Shown here: positions 1 to 7,633 of the stretch, one piece after another
How the letters are laid out: each line of letters begins with the position of its first letter
How positions within the stretch are numbered: the first letter of the stretch is position 1
Assembly: GCA_027460535.1 (NCBI GenBank)
Contig: JAPZAR010000011.1
Coordinates: 180,001 to 212,000 of the forward strand
DNA from: Candidatus Methanoperedens sp.
Lineage (GTDB): Archaea > Halobacteriota > Methanosarcinia > Methanosarcinales > Methanoperedenaceae
Length of the DNA stretch: 32,000 bases
Direction: 5' to 3'
Translations under genes and position numbers: made by a program
The notes under the pieces: generated by a model
The model's input: only the letters and a program-made list of their open reading frames with translations
What the model was told of the DNA's origin: nothing
The model's database searches: none

Positions 1-413
1 CGTGCCTCTATTCCCGCGATTATTTCACGTATGGGTTCTGTCTCTATCAGCCCCGACATCAATGCGCCCATCCCCTGCACAAGCTCCGGATTATCTGTGA
101 CCACTGTCCCTGCACCGTCGCATACTGTTACCGTGGAGTCTATAATTCCACGCCGCAGGGCAGTCATCATTATCTCGCTTGCCCCGAAATTCACAAAAAC
201 GCCATAGTCCAACCTCCTCTGCGGGGTGAACATCCCCAGCTCGCGGATCCTGTACTCCATGTTCTTTTTCGCCTCCTCCGGTGTGAGCTTCGAAACACCT
301 GCGACTTTGCTGAACACCGGGCACCAATCAGCGACAGGTTCACCCACTTCGACAACTTTACCGTTCTTCACCACCACGCGAGTTTTCCCGAAGAGTTCCA
401 TTATATGGGGCAT
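1..413 (-). CDS. Methanogenesis marker protein 8 (DUF2099 family), N-terminal part; ORF runs off the left edge
   Basis: My own minus-strand translation from the ATG at 413-411 gives MPHIMELFGKTRVVVKNGKVVEVGEPVADWCPVFSKVAGVSKLTPEEAKKNMEYRIRELGMFTPQRRLDYGVFVNFGASEIMMTALRRGIIDSTVTVCDGAGTVV.... It stays open to position 1. It is absent from the supplied track because it is truncated. The family call rests on my recollection of the marker-8 N-terminus. Confidence 0.6.
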   Translation of the reverse strand, partial: MPHIMELFGKTRVVVKNGKVVEVGEPVADWCPVFSKVAGVSKLTPEEAKKNMEYRIRELGMFTPQRRLDYGVFVNFGASEIMMTALRRGIIDSTVTVCDGAGTVVTDNPELVQGMGALMSGLIETEPIREIIAGIEA

Positions 414-414
414 T

Positions 415-756
415 TCAATCACCTGCGAACTTATAGAATTCAAGCAGTTCGGTCGCTTTTACTTTTGAGAGGCGCATGCTAACAACCTCAATGAGGGCGT
501 CCACATGTTCTTTTTTGACGCAGTGAAGGCTTTCCATCCCTTCGAAGATGAGATCAACAAGATAATTTAATTCCTCTTCCGAGAGTTTCAGAAGACGTTC
601 CCTGAAATCCTCCTTTGCCCTGGAAAAATGCTGCGATACAGGAGGAAGCACCGACCTGAATTCATGCCCCGCGTGTGCACAGGTAGGATCGACAAGCTCA
701 GGTGCGAGTTTTTTTAAAATGAGCAGATCCGAAGGACCAAGTTTTCGTGCCATCAC
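415..756 (-). CDS. Hypothetical protein (113 aa), translationally coupled to the downstream marker-8 gene
   Basis: Track ORF. Its TGA at 417-415 lies 1 nt from the ATG (413-411) of the next gene. No motif recognised. Confidence 0.5.
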   Translation of the reverse strand: MMARKLGPSDLLILKKLAPELVDPTCAHAGHEFRSVLPPVSQHFSRAKEDFRERLLKLSEEELNYLVDLIFEGMESLHCVKKEHVDALIEVVSMRLSKVKATELLEFYKFAGD

Positions 757-818
757 CTGGATATTTGGCCGGGCTTCTAATAATATTTCCCCTCTTCAAA
801 AAATCATCTTAACTAAAT

Positions 819-831
819 CTATATATATTTA
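819..831 (+). promoter_or_regulatory. Putative TATA box for the 868..1188 gene
   Basis: The tatatatattta run lies about 37 nt upstream of the ATG. A GAGGTGGA Shine-Dalgarno-like sequence sits at about 856-863. Confidence 0.3.
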
Positions 832-867
832 CAAGTATAACTGTTATCAAATATCAGAGGTGGATCA

Positions 868-1188
868 ATGGATGCAAAAGATGTCGGGCTTGCTGGCGTT
901 ATGGTATTGTCTTCGATAGTGTTAACGTATAAATGGCTCACTCGGCTCGGCCATGATTATGACCCGGTCATTCTTATGGCAGCCATGCTCCTGATCGGTT
1001 CTCTGGCAATGATGATTCTATTGCTCAATACAAGAGTGCGGGTCTTGGAAGAATCTTTAAATGCGAAAGAGCGCTCCATAAGGATAAACATCAAAGGCGT
1101 TGAGGAGAACCTGGGACGAAAGATAGAGGACGTGTCCAACAAAACCAGCAATACTATAGGGGAATTCTCTAAGAGGATTTATCGCTGA
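868..1188 (+). CDS. Small membrane protein (two predicted TM helices plus a charged/coiled C-terminus), unknown function
   Basis: Track ORF with hydrophobic stretches VGLAGVMVLSSIVLTY and VILMAAMLLIGSLAMMILLL. A strong RBS (gaggtgga) lies 5 nt before the ATG. Confidence 0.45.
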   Translation: MDAKDVGLAGVMVLSSIVLTYKWLTRLGHDYDPVILMAAMLLIGSLAMMILLLNTRVRVLEESLNAKERSIRINIKGVEENLGRKIEDVSNKTSNTIGEFSKRIYR

Positions 1189-1471
1189 AAGCCTCTTCAA
1201 CCATATCCATTATCCTTCCCATCACGTCTCTTGCCTCGTCAGTGCTCCTGATTCGCCTGATATCCACGCGGCCACTCTTGTATATCATCACGCTCTTTCC
1301 TTCCATTTCAAAGCGCGCAACCCCAAGTTTCACTGAGCATTTCAAATCCTTTGCTTCTATGTTGCGCAAGAATTCGCATAATCTCTCCATGGCAACTTTT
1401 CTCCCGAGATTACATTCTGCTATATACCTGGTGGGGTCTTCAACGCAGGGACGGGATAAGCGGACATCCAT
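1169..1471 (-). CDS. Hypothetical protein (100 aa), downstream of and co-oriented with the amidotransferase
   Basis: Track ORF, 36 nt after the GATase stop. The only motif noticed is SVMIYKSGRVDIRRIRSTDEA, which faintly recalls the TBP-repeat pattern xLIFxSGKxVxTGAKS. That is not enough for a call. Confidence 0.4.
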   Translation of the reverse strand: MDVRLSRPCVEDPTRYIAECNLGRKVAMERLCEFLRNIEAKDLKCSVKLGVARFEMEGKSVMIYKSGRVDIRRIRSTDEARDVMGRIMDMVEEAFSDKSS

Positions 1472-1507
1472 TAAGGCATGTAATAGTAGAAAGGCATATA
1501 TAATGAC

Positions 1508-2209
1508 TCAAGGCTCACCAAATTCTCTTTCGATCTTATCCAGCAGCAGATTCAGGATTCTCCGCATCTCATTCACCATGCTGATCTGAGATAGGATCTC
1601 CCCGGGCTTCTGTATATATTTCCCCTCCACTATCTCATCCCCGCAATTCTTGAACATGAGGTCGATGCTCCTTTCAGAATATTCAAGATGGAACTGCAAT
1701 CCAATAACCCTCCCGGATTCAAATGCCTGGTTCGCGCAGCCCTCACTTTCAGCTATTCTTAATGCGCGGGGAGGTATTTCGAAGGAATCACCATGCCAGT
1801 GGAATGCAGTGAATTTTTCCGGGAATGATCTGAAAATAGTGGAGTCTCCGGCCTCCTTTGTCAATGTCACCGGGAACCAGCCGATCTCCTTATACCTGTT
1901 CCTTCGCACCCTGCCGCCCAGGACATCTGCAATGAGCTGAGATCCAAGACATACTCCGAGAATTACCTTATTTTTGCATATCGCTTCTTCAATGAATTTC
2001 TTCTCCTCTATAAGCCATGGGTATTTCCCTTCCTCGTAAATGTTCATGGAACCTCCCATTATGACAAGCCAGTCAAACTCCGCTGTTTTGGGAAGTTGCT
2101 CATTTTCATAGAGCAATGTTCTCTCAATGCTGTGTCCTTTGGTCTTCGCCCATACTTCGATATTTCCAAGGCCTTCAAATGGCTCGTGTTCAAGCGAGTG
2201 TATTCTCAT
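1508..2209 (-). CDS. Class I (GATase1) glutamine amidotransferase, stand-alone GuaA-N-like
   Basis: Nucleophile elbow GVCLGSQLIA and HWHGD / LQFHLE (His/Glu region). GAGGAA RBS before the ATG. Confidence 0.8.
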   Translation of the reverse strand: MRIHSLEHEPFEGLGNIEVWAKTKGHSIERTLLYENEQLPKTAEFDWLVIMGGSMNIYEEGKYPWLIEEKKFIEEAICKNKVILGVCLGSQLIADVLGGRVRRNRYKEIGWFPVTLTKEAGDSTIFRSFPEKFTAFHWHGDSFEIPPRALRIAESEGCANQAFESGRVIGLQFHLEYSERSIDLMFKNCGDEIVEGKYIQKPGEILSQISMVNEMRRILNLLLDKIEREFGEP

Positions 2210-2579
2210 AATCGTTCCTCTTTTTATCCGATTGTCAAACTGTATGTATGAAGGGCAATATATAGAAAACTATTTAAGTCCGAAAACGGTAGCCTATAGT
2301 CGGTCTCGCACATCCTTCATTTGAATTGTCTCTCAAGTTGGGAATACATTGTAAACAGTTGATTCCTTGTGAATCTTAATCAAATAAGGCTGTGCAGAGA
2401 CCATAACATCACAGGAGAAAAGTATATGGCAATACCCGAAAGACCTCTTGAATCAATTATGGAAACGGAAATAGAACTGACATATCACCTATTGATGAAT
2501 CTGATGCCTTGTGAAAAAGTAAATCCGAATGATTTATAACCAAATATTGAAATTATAGATTTAAGTTGCAGTGATAACT

Positions 2580-3905
2580 ATGATCAAAACAAATGAAGAC
2601 GTGTTATTATCAATTGAGGAAAACCAGGTACGATTTCTAAGACTCCAATTCGTTGACATCGGTGGCATGGTCAAGAACGTTGGCATCCCTGTTTCACAGG
2701 CGGAAAAGGCCCTGAAATCCGGCATAGCCTTTGACGGCTCGTCTATTGAGGGTTTTGTCAGGATAGAGGAATCCGACATGATCCTGAGACCCGACATAAA
2801 CACCTACAATGTTCTTCCATGGGAGGTTAGCGATGGCAAGGTTGCCAGAATGATTTGTGATGTTTATAGACCTGACGGCAAGCCCTTTGAAGGCGATCCG
2901 CGCTATGTCCTGAAAAGAGCACTCAAGGAAGCAGCCAGGCGCGGTTATGTTATGAATACCGGTCCAGAGCTTGAATTCTTCTTCTTCAAGAGAAAAGATG
3001 GTGAGGCAACAAATATTCCTCATGATTTTGGCGGATATTTTGATTTCCCGCCTGTTGACCAGGCTGAAGAAATACGCCAGAAAATAGTTAATGACCTTGA
3101 AAAAATGGACTTCAATATAGAAGCTTCCCATCATGAAGTCTCCATGGGGCAGCATGAGATAGATTTCAAATATGCAGATGCTCTTAAGACCGCGGATAAT
3201 GTCATTACGTTTAAGTTCGTTACCAAGACCATAGCACAAAAAAATAACTTGCACGCCTCTTTCATGCCAAAACCCGTCTTCGGGATAAATGGCTCAGGCA
3301 TGCACACAAACATATCGCTTTTCAAAAATGGAAAGAACGCCTTCTATGACGAGTCAAAGGATATGGGGGTCAGTGATACCCTGCGATATTTCGTTGGAGG
3401 GCTGAAGAAACACGTCAAGTCATTCACAGCAGTCACAAACCCAATAGTTAACAGTTATAAGAGAATCGTACCCGGATATGAAGCGCCGGTCTATATCGCA
3501 TGGTCTGGAGCGAACCGCTCATCCATGATCCGCATCCCGGCAGCCCGGGGAATGAGCACGCGCGTCGAGCTCAGGAGCCCAGACCCATCGTGCAATCCGT
3601 ATCTTTCCTTTGCGGTGATTTTAATGGCGGGGCTTGACGGCGTAGAGAACCAGATAGACCCGGGCGAGCCCACCACGCTTAACCTCTTCCACCTGAACGA
3701 TGAAGAGAGAAAGACCCATGGAATCGAATCTCTCCCCGGCAGCCTGAAGGAAGCACTGGATTATCTGGAAACTGACGATATTATCCGGGAAGCACTTGGA
3801 GAACACGTATATGCAGATTTCATGAGGCTTGGAAGAGCGGAATGGGATGCATACAGGATAAGCGTACATGATTGGGAGATCAATCGATATCTGAACACAA
3901 TTTGA
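2580..3905 (+). CDS. glnA: Glutamine synthetase type I
   Basis: FDGSSIEGF, NTGPELEFFFF, EASHHEVSMGQHEIDFKY, MPKPVFGINGSGMHTN, NSYKRIVPGYEAP and SMIRIP....RVELRSPD are canonical GS-I motifs. The track ORF opens at GTG 2571, and the first ATG is at 2580. Confidence 0.95.
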   Translation: MIKTNEDVLLSIEENQVRFLRLQFVDIGGMVKNVGIPVSQAEKALKSGIAFDGSSIEGFVRIEESDMILRPDINTYNVLPWEVSDGKVARMICDVYRPDGKPFEGDPRYVLKRALKEAARRGYVMNTGPELEFFFFKRKDGEATNIPHDFGGYFDFPPVDQAEEIRQKIVNDLEKMDFNIEASHHEVSMGQHEIDFKYADALKTADNVITFKFVTKTIAQKNNLHASFMPKPVFGINGSGMHTNISLFKNGKNAFYDESKDMGVSDTLRYFVGGLKKHVKSFTAVTNPIVNSYKRIVPGYEAPVYIAWSGANRSSMIRIPAARGMSTRVELRSPDPSCNPYLSFAVILMAGLDGVENQIDPGEPTTLNLFHLNDEERKTHGIESLPGSLKEALDYLETDDIIREALGEHVYADFMRLGRAEWDAYRISVHDWEINRYLNTI

Positions 3906-3914
3906 CCTGAATGA

Positions 3915-4907
3915 ATGAACACAACCACTATCGACTCGATGGTACAGAGGAAACTGATAGAGATCCTGAGGATACTCTATGAGAACCACGAACCTATAGG
4001 GGCACGGCTTATCGCTGACAGGATGAATGAACGCGGATACCCCATCGGAGAGAGGGGCGTCCGCTACCATCTACGCATCCTTGATGAGCGCGGCCTCACC
4101 CAGCGCCAGGGCTACGACGGCAGGGTAATCACAGAGCGGGGAATAGAAGAACTCAATAATGCGCTTGTTGGAGACAGGCTGGGCTTTATCATCACAAGGA
4201 TCGAGAAACTAATTTATGATACTACATTTGACCTGAAGTCGGGTCAGGGCAGCGTAATTGTCAACACCTCGGTTATTGACAAGAACGATTTTGAAAAAAC
4301 GATGGGAATGCTCCACCATGTGATGTATGATAGTTATTCCATCAGTCCATATATCAAGTTAATAGAAGAGGGAACTGTAACTTCTGATATTAAGATCCCC
4401 GAAGGCAAAATAGGAATAGCTACGATGTGCAGTATCACCATCGACGGGATATTAATGAAAAATGGGATTCCCGTCAATACCAGATACGGTGGTTTATTAG
4501 ATGTAAAGAACAGGAAACCCGCCGGTTTTGACGATATCATTGCTTATAGCGGTACTTCTATTGACCCGATGAGGATCTTTATATCCAAGAGGATGACGCG
4601 GGTCATGGACGCTGTGGAAAAGGGTTCAGGCAAACTGCTTGCCAACCTACGCGAGATCCCTGCATCGGCTGTATCGGAAGCTGAAGTCGTCCTGCAATCC
4701 ATTATTGAAGCCAAAATAGGCGGTATTGCAGAAATCGGCAAACCCGGAAAGTCCGTACTGAACGCGCCAGTTGAGAACGGCAAGGTAGGCATCGTGGCTT
4801 ATGCGGGAGTAAATGGTATGGCAGCAGTGGAAGAAATGGGGATCAAGGTGGACACGCATCCGATTTCTACCATCATTGATTTTAAGGAATTGAATAAGCT
4901 GGAATAA
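3915..4907 (+). CDS. nrpR: NrpR-type nitrogen repressor (winged HTH plus one NRD/DUF128 domain; short NrpRI-like form)
   Basis: The N-terminus KLIEILRILYENHEPIGARLIADRMNERGYPIGERGVRYHLRILDERGLT is followed by one DUF128-like domain. At 330 aa it fits the single-NRD form. It starts 9 nt after the glnA stop. Confidence 0.8.
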   Translation: MNTTTIDSMVQRKLIEILRILYENHEPIGARLIADRMNERGYPIGERGVRYHLRILDERGLTQRQGYDGRVITERGIEELNNALVGDRLGFIITRIEKLIYDTTFDLKSGQGSVIVNTSVIDKNDFEKTMGMLHHVMYDSYSISPYIKLIEEGTVTSDIKIPEGKIGIATMCSITIDGILMKNGIPVNTRYGGLLDVKNRKPAGFDDIIAYSGTSIDPMRIFISKRMTRVMDAVEKGSGKLLANLREIPASAVSEAEVVLQSIIEAKIGGIAEIGKPGKSVLNAPVENGKVGIVAYAGVNGMAAVEEMGIKVDTHPISTIIDFKELNKLE

Positions 4908-5657
4908 TCACTTTAGCCCGTAGAGAAGTCTGCCCGCGATGAGCAAAAGCACAAGTGCAAACATAAGCTCAAGCGATCTTGAAGAGATGTTCTTGAATAT
5001 TACCCTTGAACCTGTCTGGGCTCCAATAAATGCCGCCGCGCCGGCATAAAATAAAATGGTCATGTCCATATTCTGGCCTCCAAAACTCATGTGCCCCAGA
5101 AATCCTGATAAAGATGTAAAAGTTATAATGAAGGATGAGGTTCCGATCGCGTTTTTCATTTCAAACCCAAGGACCAGAAGGAGAGGAACTACAAAAGTTC
5201 CTCCCCCTATGCCCACAAGAGAGGAAATCACTCCGATCAAAAAGCCTGCACATGCGCCTATCCATATCTTTTTTTTAAACGTCGTCCCGAGGGTGAAGCC
5301 GATACTGCTGAAGAAAAATATCCTTATGGAAGCTGCAAGAAGTACAACTGAGAGTATTAGAATTATTATTCCAGTATCCATCACCCTTACAAGGTAAGAA
5401 CCTGTTAGCGCACCCGGAATGGATGTGCCAATGATCGGAAAAGCCGTTCTTGTGTCCACCATTTGATTTTTCAAATACGTAATAGAAGCCGAGGCGGTTG
5501 TTATCGCGTTCATGAGAAGCGCCATGGGTATGGCGATCAAAATAGGAAGTCCAAGCCAGAAGAATAGCGGGGTGTAAATGATCGCGCCTCCAAGGCCGAG
5601 CATCGAGAAAACAAGGGCTATAAAGAATGCAACGAGTATTATCAGGAGGACTTCCAT
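4908..5657 (-). CDS. TSUP/TauE-SafE family anion (sulfite/sulfonate-type) exporter, polytopic membrane protein
   Basis: 249 aa and about 8 TM helices. It has duplicated halves with GLGGAIIYTPL and GIGGGTFVVPLL motifs typical of TauE/TSUP. Confidence 0.75.
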   Translation of the reverse strand: MEVLLIILVAFFIALVFSMLGLGGAIIYTPLFFWLGLPILIAIPMALLMNAITTASASITYLKNQMVDTRTAFPIIGTSIPGALTGSYLVRVMDTGIIILILSVVLLAASIRIFFFSSIGFTLGTTFKKKIWIGACAGFLIGVISSLVGIGGGTFVVPLLLVLGFEMKNAIGTSSFIITFTSLSGFLGHMSFGGQNMDMTILFYAGAAAFIGAQTGSRVIFKNISSRSLELMFALVLLLIAGRLLYGLK

Positions 5658-5861
5658 GCGCTCTCATTATCCGGGATAAGATTAATTTTATCTAAACCCT
5701 ATTTGAATGGTCAAGCATTCTCTAATCCTCAAGCACAATCAGCTAATTATCAATTAAGGTTAAACCTCTTCAGTATTGCGTCCATAACACCATCTATTTT
5801 CATCTGACATAATTCCATCCTGGAAAGCAAAGATATGTACCCTAAATGTAGAGCAAAGCTT

Positions 5862-5870
5862 TTTATATAA
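5862..5870 (+). promoter_or_regulatory. Putative TATA box (aaagcTTTATATAA) for the 5897 gene; transcript probably leaderless or short-leadered
   Basis: The A/T octamer with an upstream purine-rich BRE-like aaagc lies about 27 nt before the ATG at 5897. Confidence 0.35.
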
Positions 5871-5896
5871 ATTGTTATTATAAAATATAAATAAAG

Positions 5897-6601
5897 ATGA
5901 TGAATATTCAATATTATTATACTAATCCAGACAGAGGACAAGTACCCAAAAAAAAGAGTTCTTCATTTATCCTGATGGCAATAGCATCTGTATTGGTTGT
6001 AATTCTTATGATCTTCTTGATCGGAACGCTTGTATCGGGGTGGGAAGTTCATGGATTTATTCCGCAGGATGTTGATATTTCAAAGGATATTGACATTTCC
6101 AAAGAACCATTGCAGAAGCAGTACGAAGGAGAAAACTTTATCATAAACTCATTTGACGACAGATACACGCTCACACCTGTGGCGATCTATGAAATATCGG
6201 CGAAAGTGGTCAGCATAAGAACATACAAGGACGAAATGCAGGTTTCTCCAATAGACCTATGCACCGTCTGGGGGCAGATGGCCGGCGAGCCGAACATAAG
6301 TTACAGCCAGAGCGAAAGATTTTGTTCGTATTACTACAGGTCAGTGCCCTATTTCGGTGAATATTATATGATATCACACTCCTCGAACAACCACATCATC
6401 CCTGCCAGCGGTAATGTTTCCAGTGCACTTAATTCTATGAGAGTCAATGACAAAGTGACATTAAAGGGTTTTCTGATCAATGTGAAGAATGAAAAAGGTA
6501 ATTCATGGAAAACAAGCCTGACTCGATATGACAGCGGATATGGTGCCTGTGAAATTATTTATGTTACTGAAATCAGAACAGAGAACAGGATCTGGAAATG
6601 A
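5897..6601 (+). CDS. Hypothetical N-terminally membrane-anchored (probably extracytoplasmic) protein
   Basis: Track ORF with a single TM helix FILMAIASVLVVILMIFLIGTLV after a basic stretch. No family recognised. Confidence 0.5.
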   Translation: MMNIQYYYTNPDRGQVPKKKSSSFILMAIASVLVVILMIFLIGTLVSGWEVHGFIPQDVDISKDIDISKEPLQKQYEGENFIINSFDDRYTLTPVAIYEISAKVVSIRTYKDEMQVSPIDLCTVWGQMAGEPNISYSQSERFCSYYYRSVPYFGEYYMISHSSNNHIIPASGNVSSALNSMRVNDKVTLKGFLINVKNEKGNSWKTSLTRYDSGYGACEIIYVTEIRTENRIWK

Positions 6602-6610
6602 AGAATGACA

Positions 6611-7516
6611 TCATTCCTTCCCGCCAATCCTTTCAATCGCCAGAGTTCCCAGCAGAACAATCATCTCTAGTGCACTCTTATTTTCAGGAGTAAGAATCTG
6701 CTCAGGATCGTCGAAATGAAATCCCACTACACCCTTTACGGTATCTGTCGTTTTCATGGGAAGATAGTAAGCCCATGCTTCGGGTAGTGTGTCCGTGCCC
6801 ACACCGGCAGGTTCGCCATTGAGCCAGACCCAAGTTGCTATACCAAGTTCTTTCGGGTTAATCTGGATCATGTCGGTAGAAGCCTTGAGAGAAACTTGTC
6901 CATTTTCAGGAAGATAAATGGCCATATCGCAAGGGAAAATTTGTCCTGCATGACGAATCATCAGGTGTAAAACCTGATCAATGCTCCGGGCAGTGATTAG
7001 ATCCTTACTTAATTCATATAAAGTTGTATTTCTGGTCTCGCTTTGCTCAAACTGCTGCACAGTGTAGTAAAGATCTGATACAAGATTGCTTATTACATAG
7101 GCAAACGCAATAAACATGAGATAAGATAAAAAATATCTTACTTCCGAAACAGCAAAGCTGAAATACGGTTTAACAAACAATAAATCAAAAATCGTAATGC
7201 TTAAGACCGCTGCAAGGATAGATGGGCCACGTCCCCAAAAAATAGCGATCAGTACGACAGGTATAATCATTAAGAACAGTAAGTTAACCTGACCGAGAAT
7301 ATCCCGAAAAAGAAAACCTAATAAAGAAGCAATAATGACACCAATTGCACTTATGACGTAAATTAGTAGACTGATCGTACTTATTTTCTTCTTAGATATA
7401 AGTTGTTCACTCTTGCCTGTAAAAAGAAAAACAGCGATATCTCTGGCTGTTTCTCCCTTTTTGGCAATTGCCAAAAGAGATTCCGGTTCCGGTCTTTTAT
7501 CTTCTGAATCTATCAT
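6611..7516 (-). CDS. Internally deleted tandem paralogue of the KdpD-like sensor: first ~24 aa of KdpD fused in frame to the TM (DUF4118-like) plus GAF-like C-terminal half
   Basis: Nucleotide homology 6623-7568 matches 7643-8464 plus 9494-9617. The protein MIDSEDKRPEPESLLAIAKKGETA|RDIAVFLFTGKSEQ... aligns to KdpD residues 1-24 and then from ...RDIDVFLFAGKSEQ... onward. The ORF is intact. Confidence 0.75.
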   Translation of the reverse strand: MIDSEDKRPEPESLLAIAKKGETARDIAVFLFTGKSEQLISKKKISTISLLIYVISAIGVIIASLLGFLFRDILGQVNLLFLMIIPVVLIAIFWGRGPSILAAVLSITIFDLLFVKPYFSFAVSEVRYFLSYLMFIAFAYVISNLVSDLYYTVQQFEQSETRNTTLYELSKDLITARSIDQVLHLMIRHAGQIFPCDMAIYLPENGQVSLKASTDMIQINPKELGIATWVWLNGEPAGVGTDTLPEAWAYYLPMKTTDTVKGVVGFHFDDPEQILTPENKSALEMIVLLGTLAIERIGGKE

Positions 7517-7633
7517 TGAAATTCTACTTTATATTATCCAGAGCAAGATTCAATTCTAATACATTAATGTTAATGTCCACAGACATGTTGGGGTAAATTT
7601 GTAATCACATCATTCATAGTTTCAAAAGGACTT

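Noticed and set aside
2341-2366. NrpR operator upstream of glnA
   Set aside because: The Methanococcus operator is GGAA-N6-TTCC. The only related element here is GGAAT-N16-ATTCC, which has the wrong spacing. No confident operator is called.
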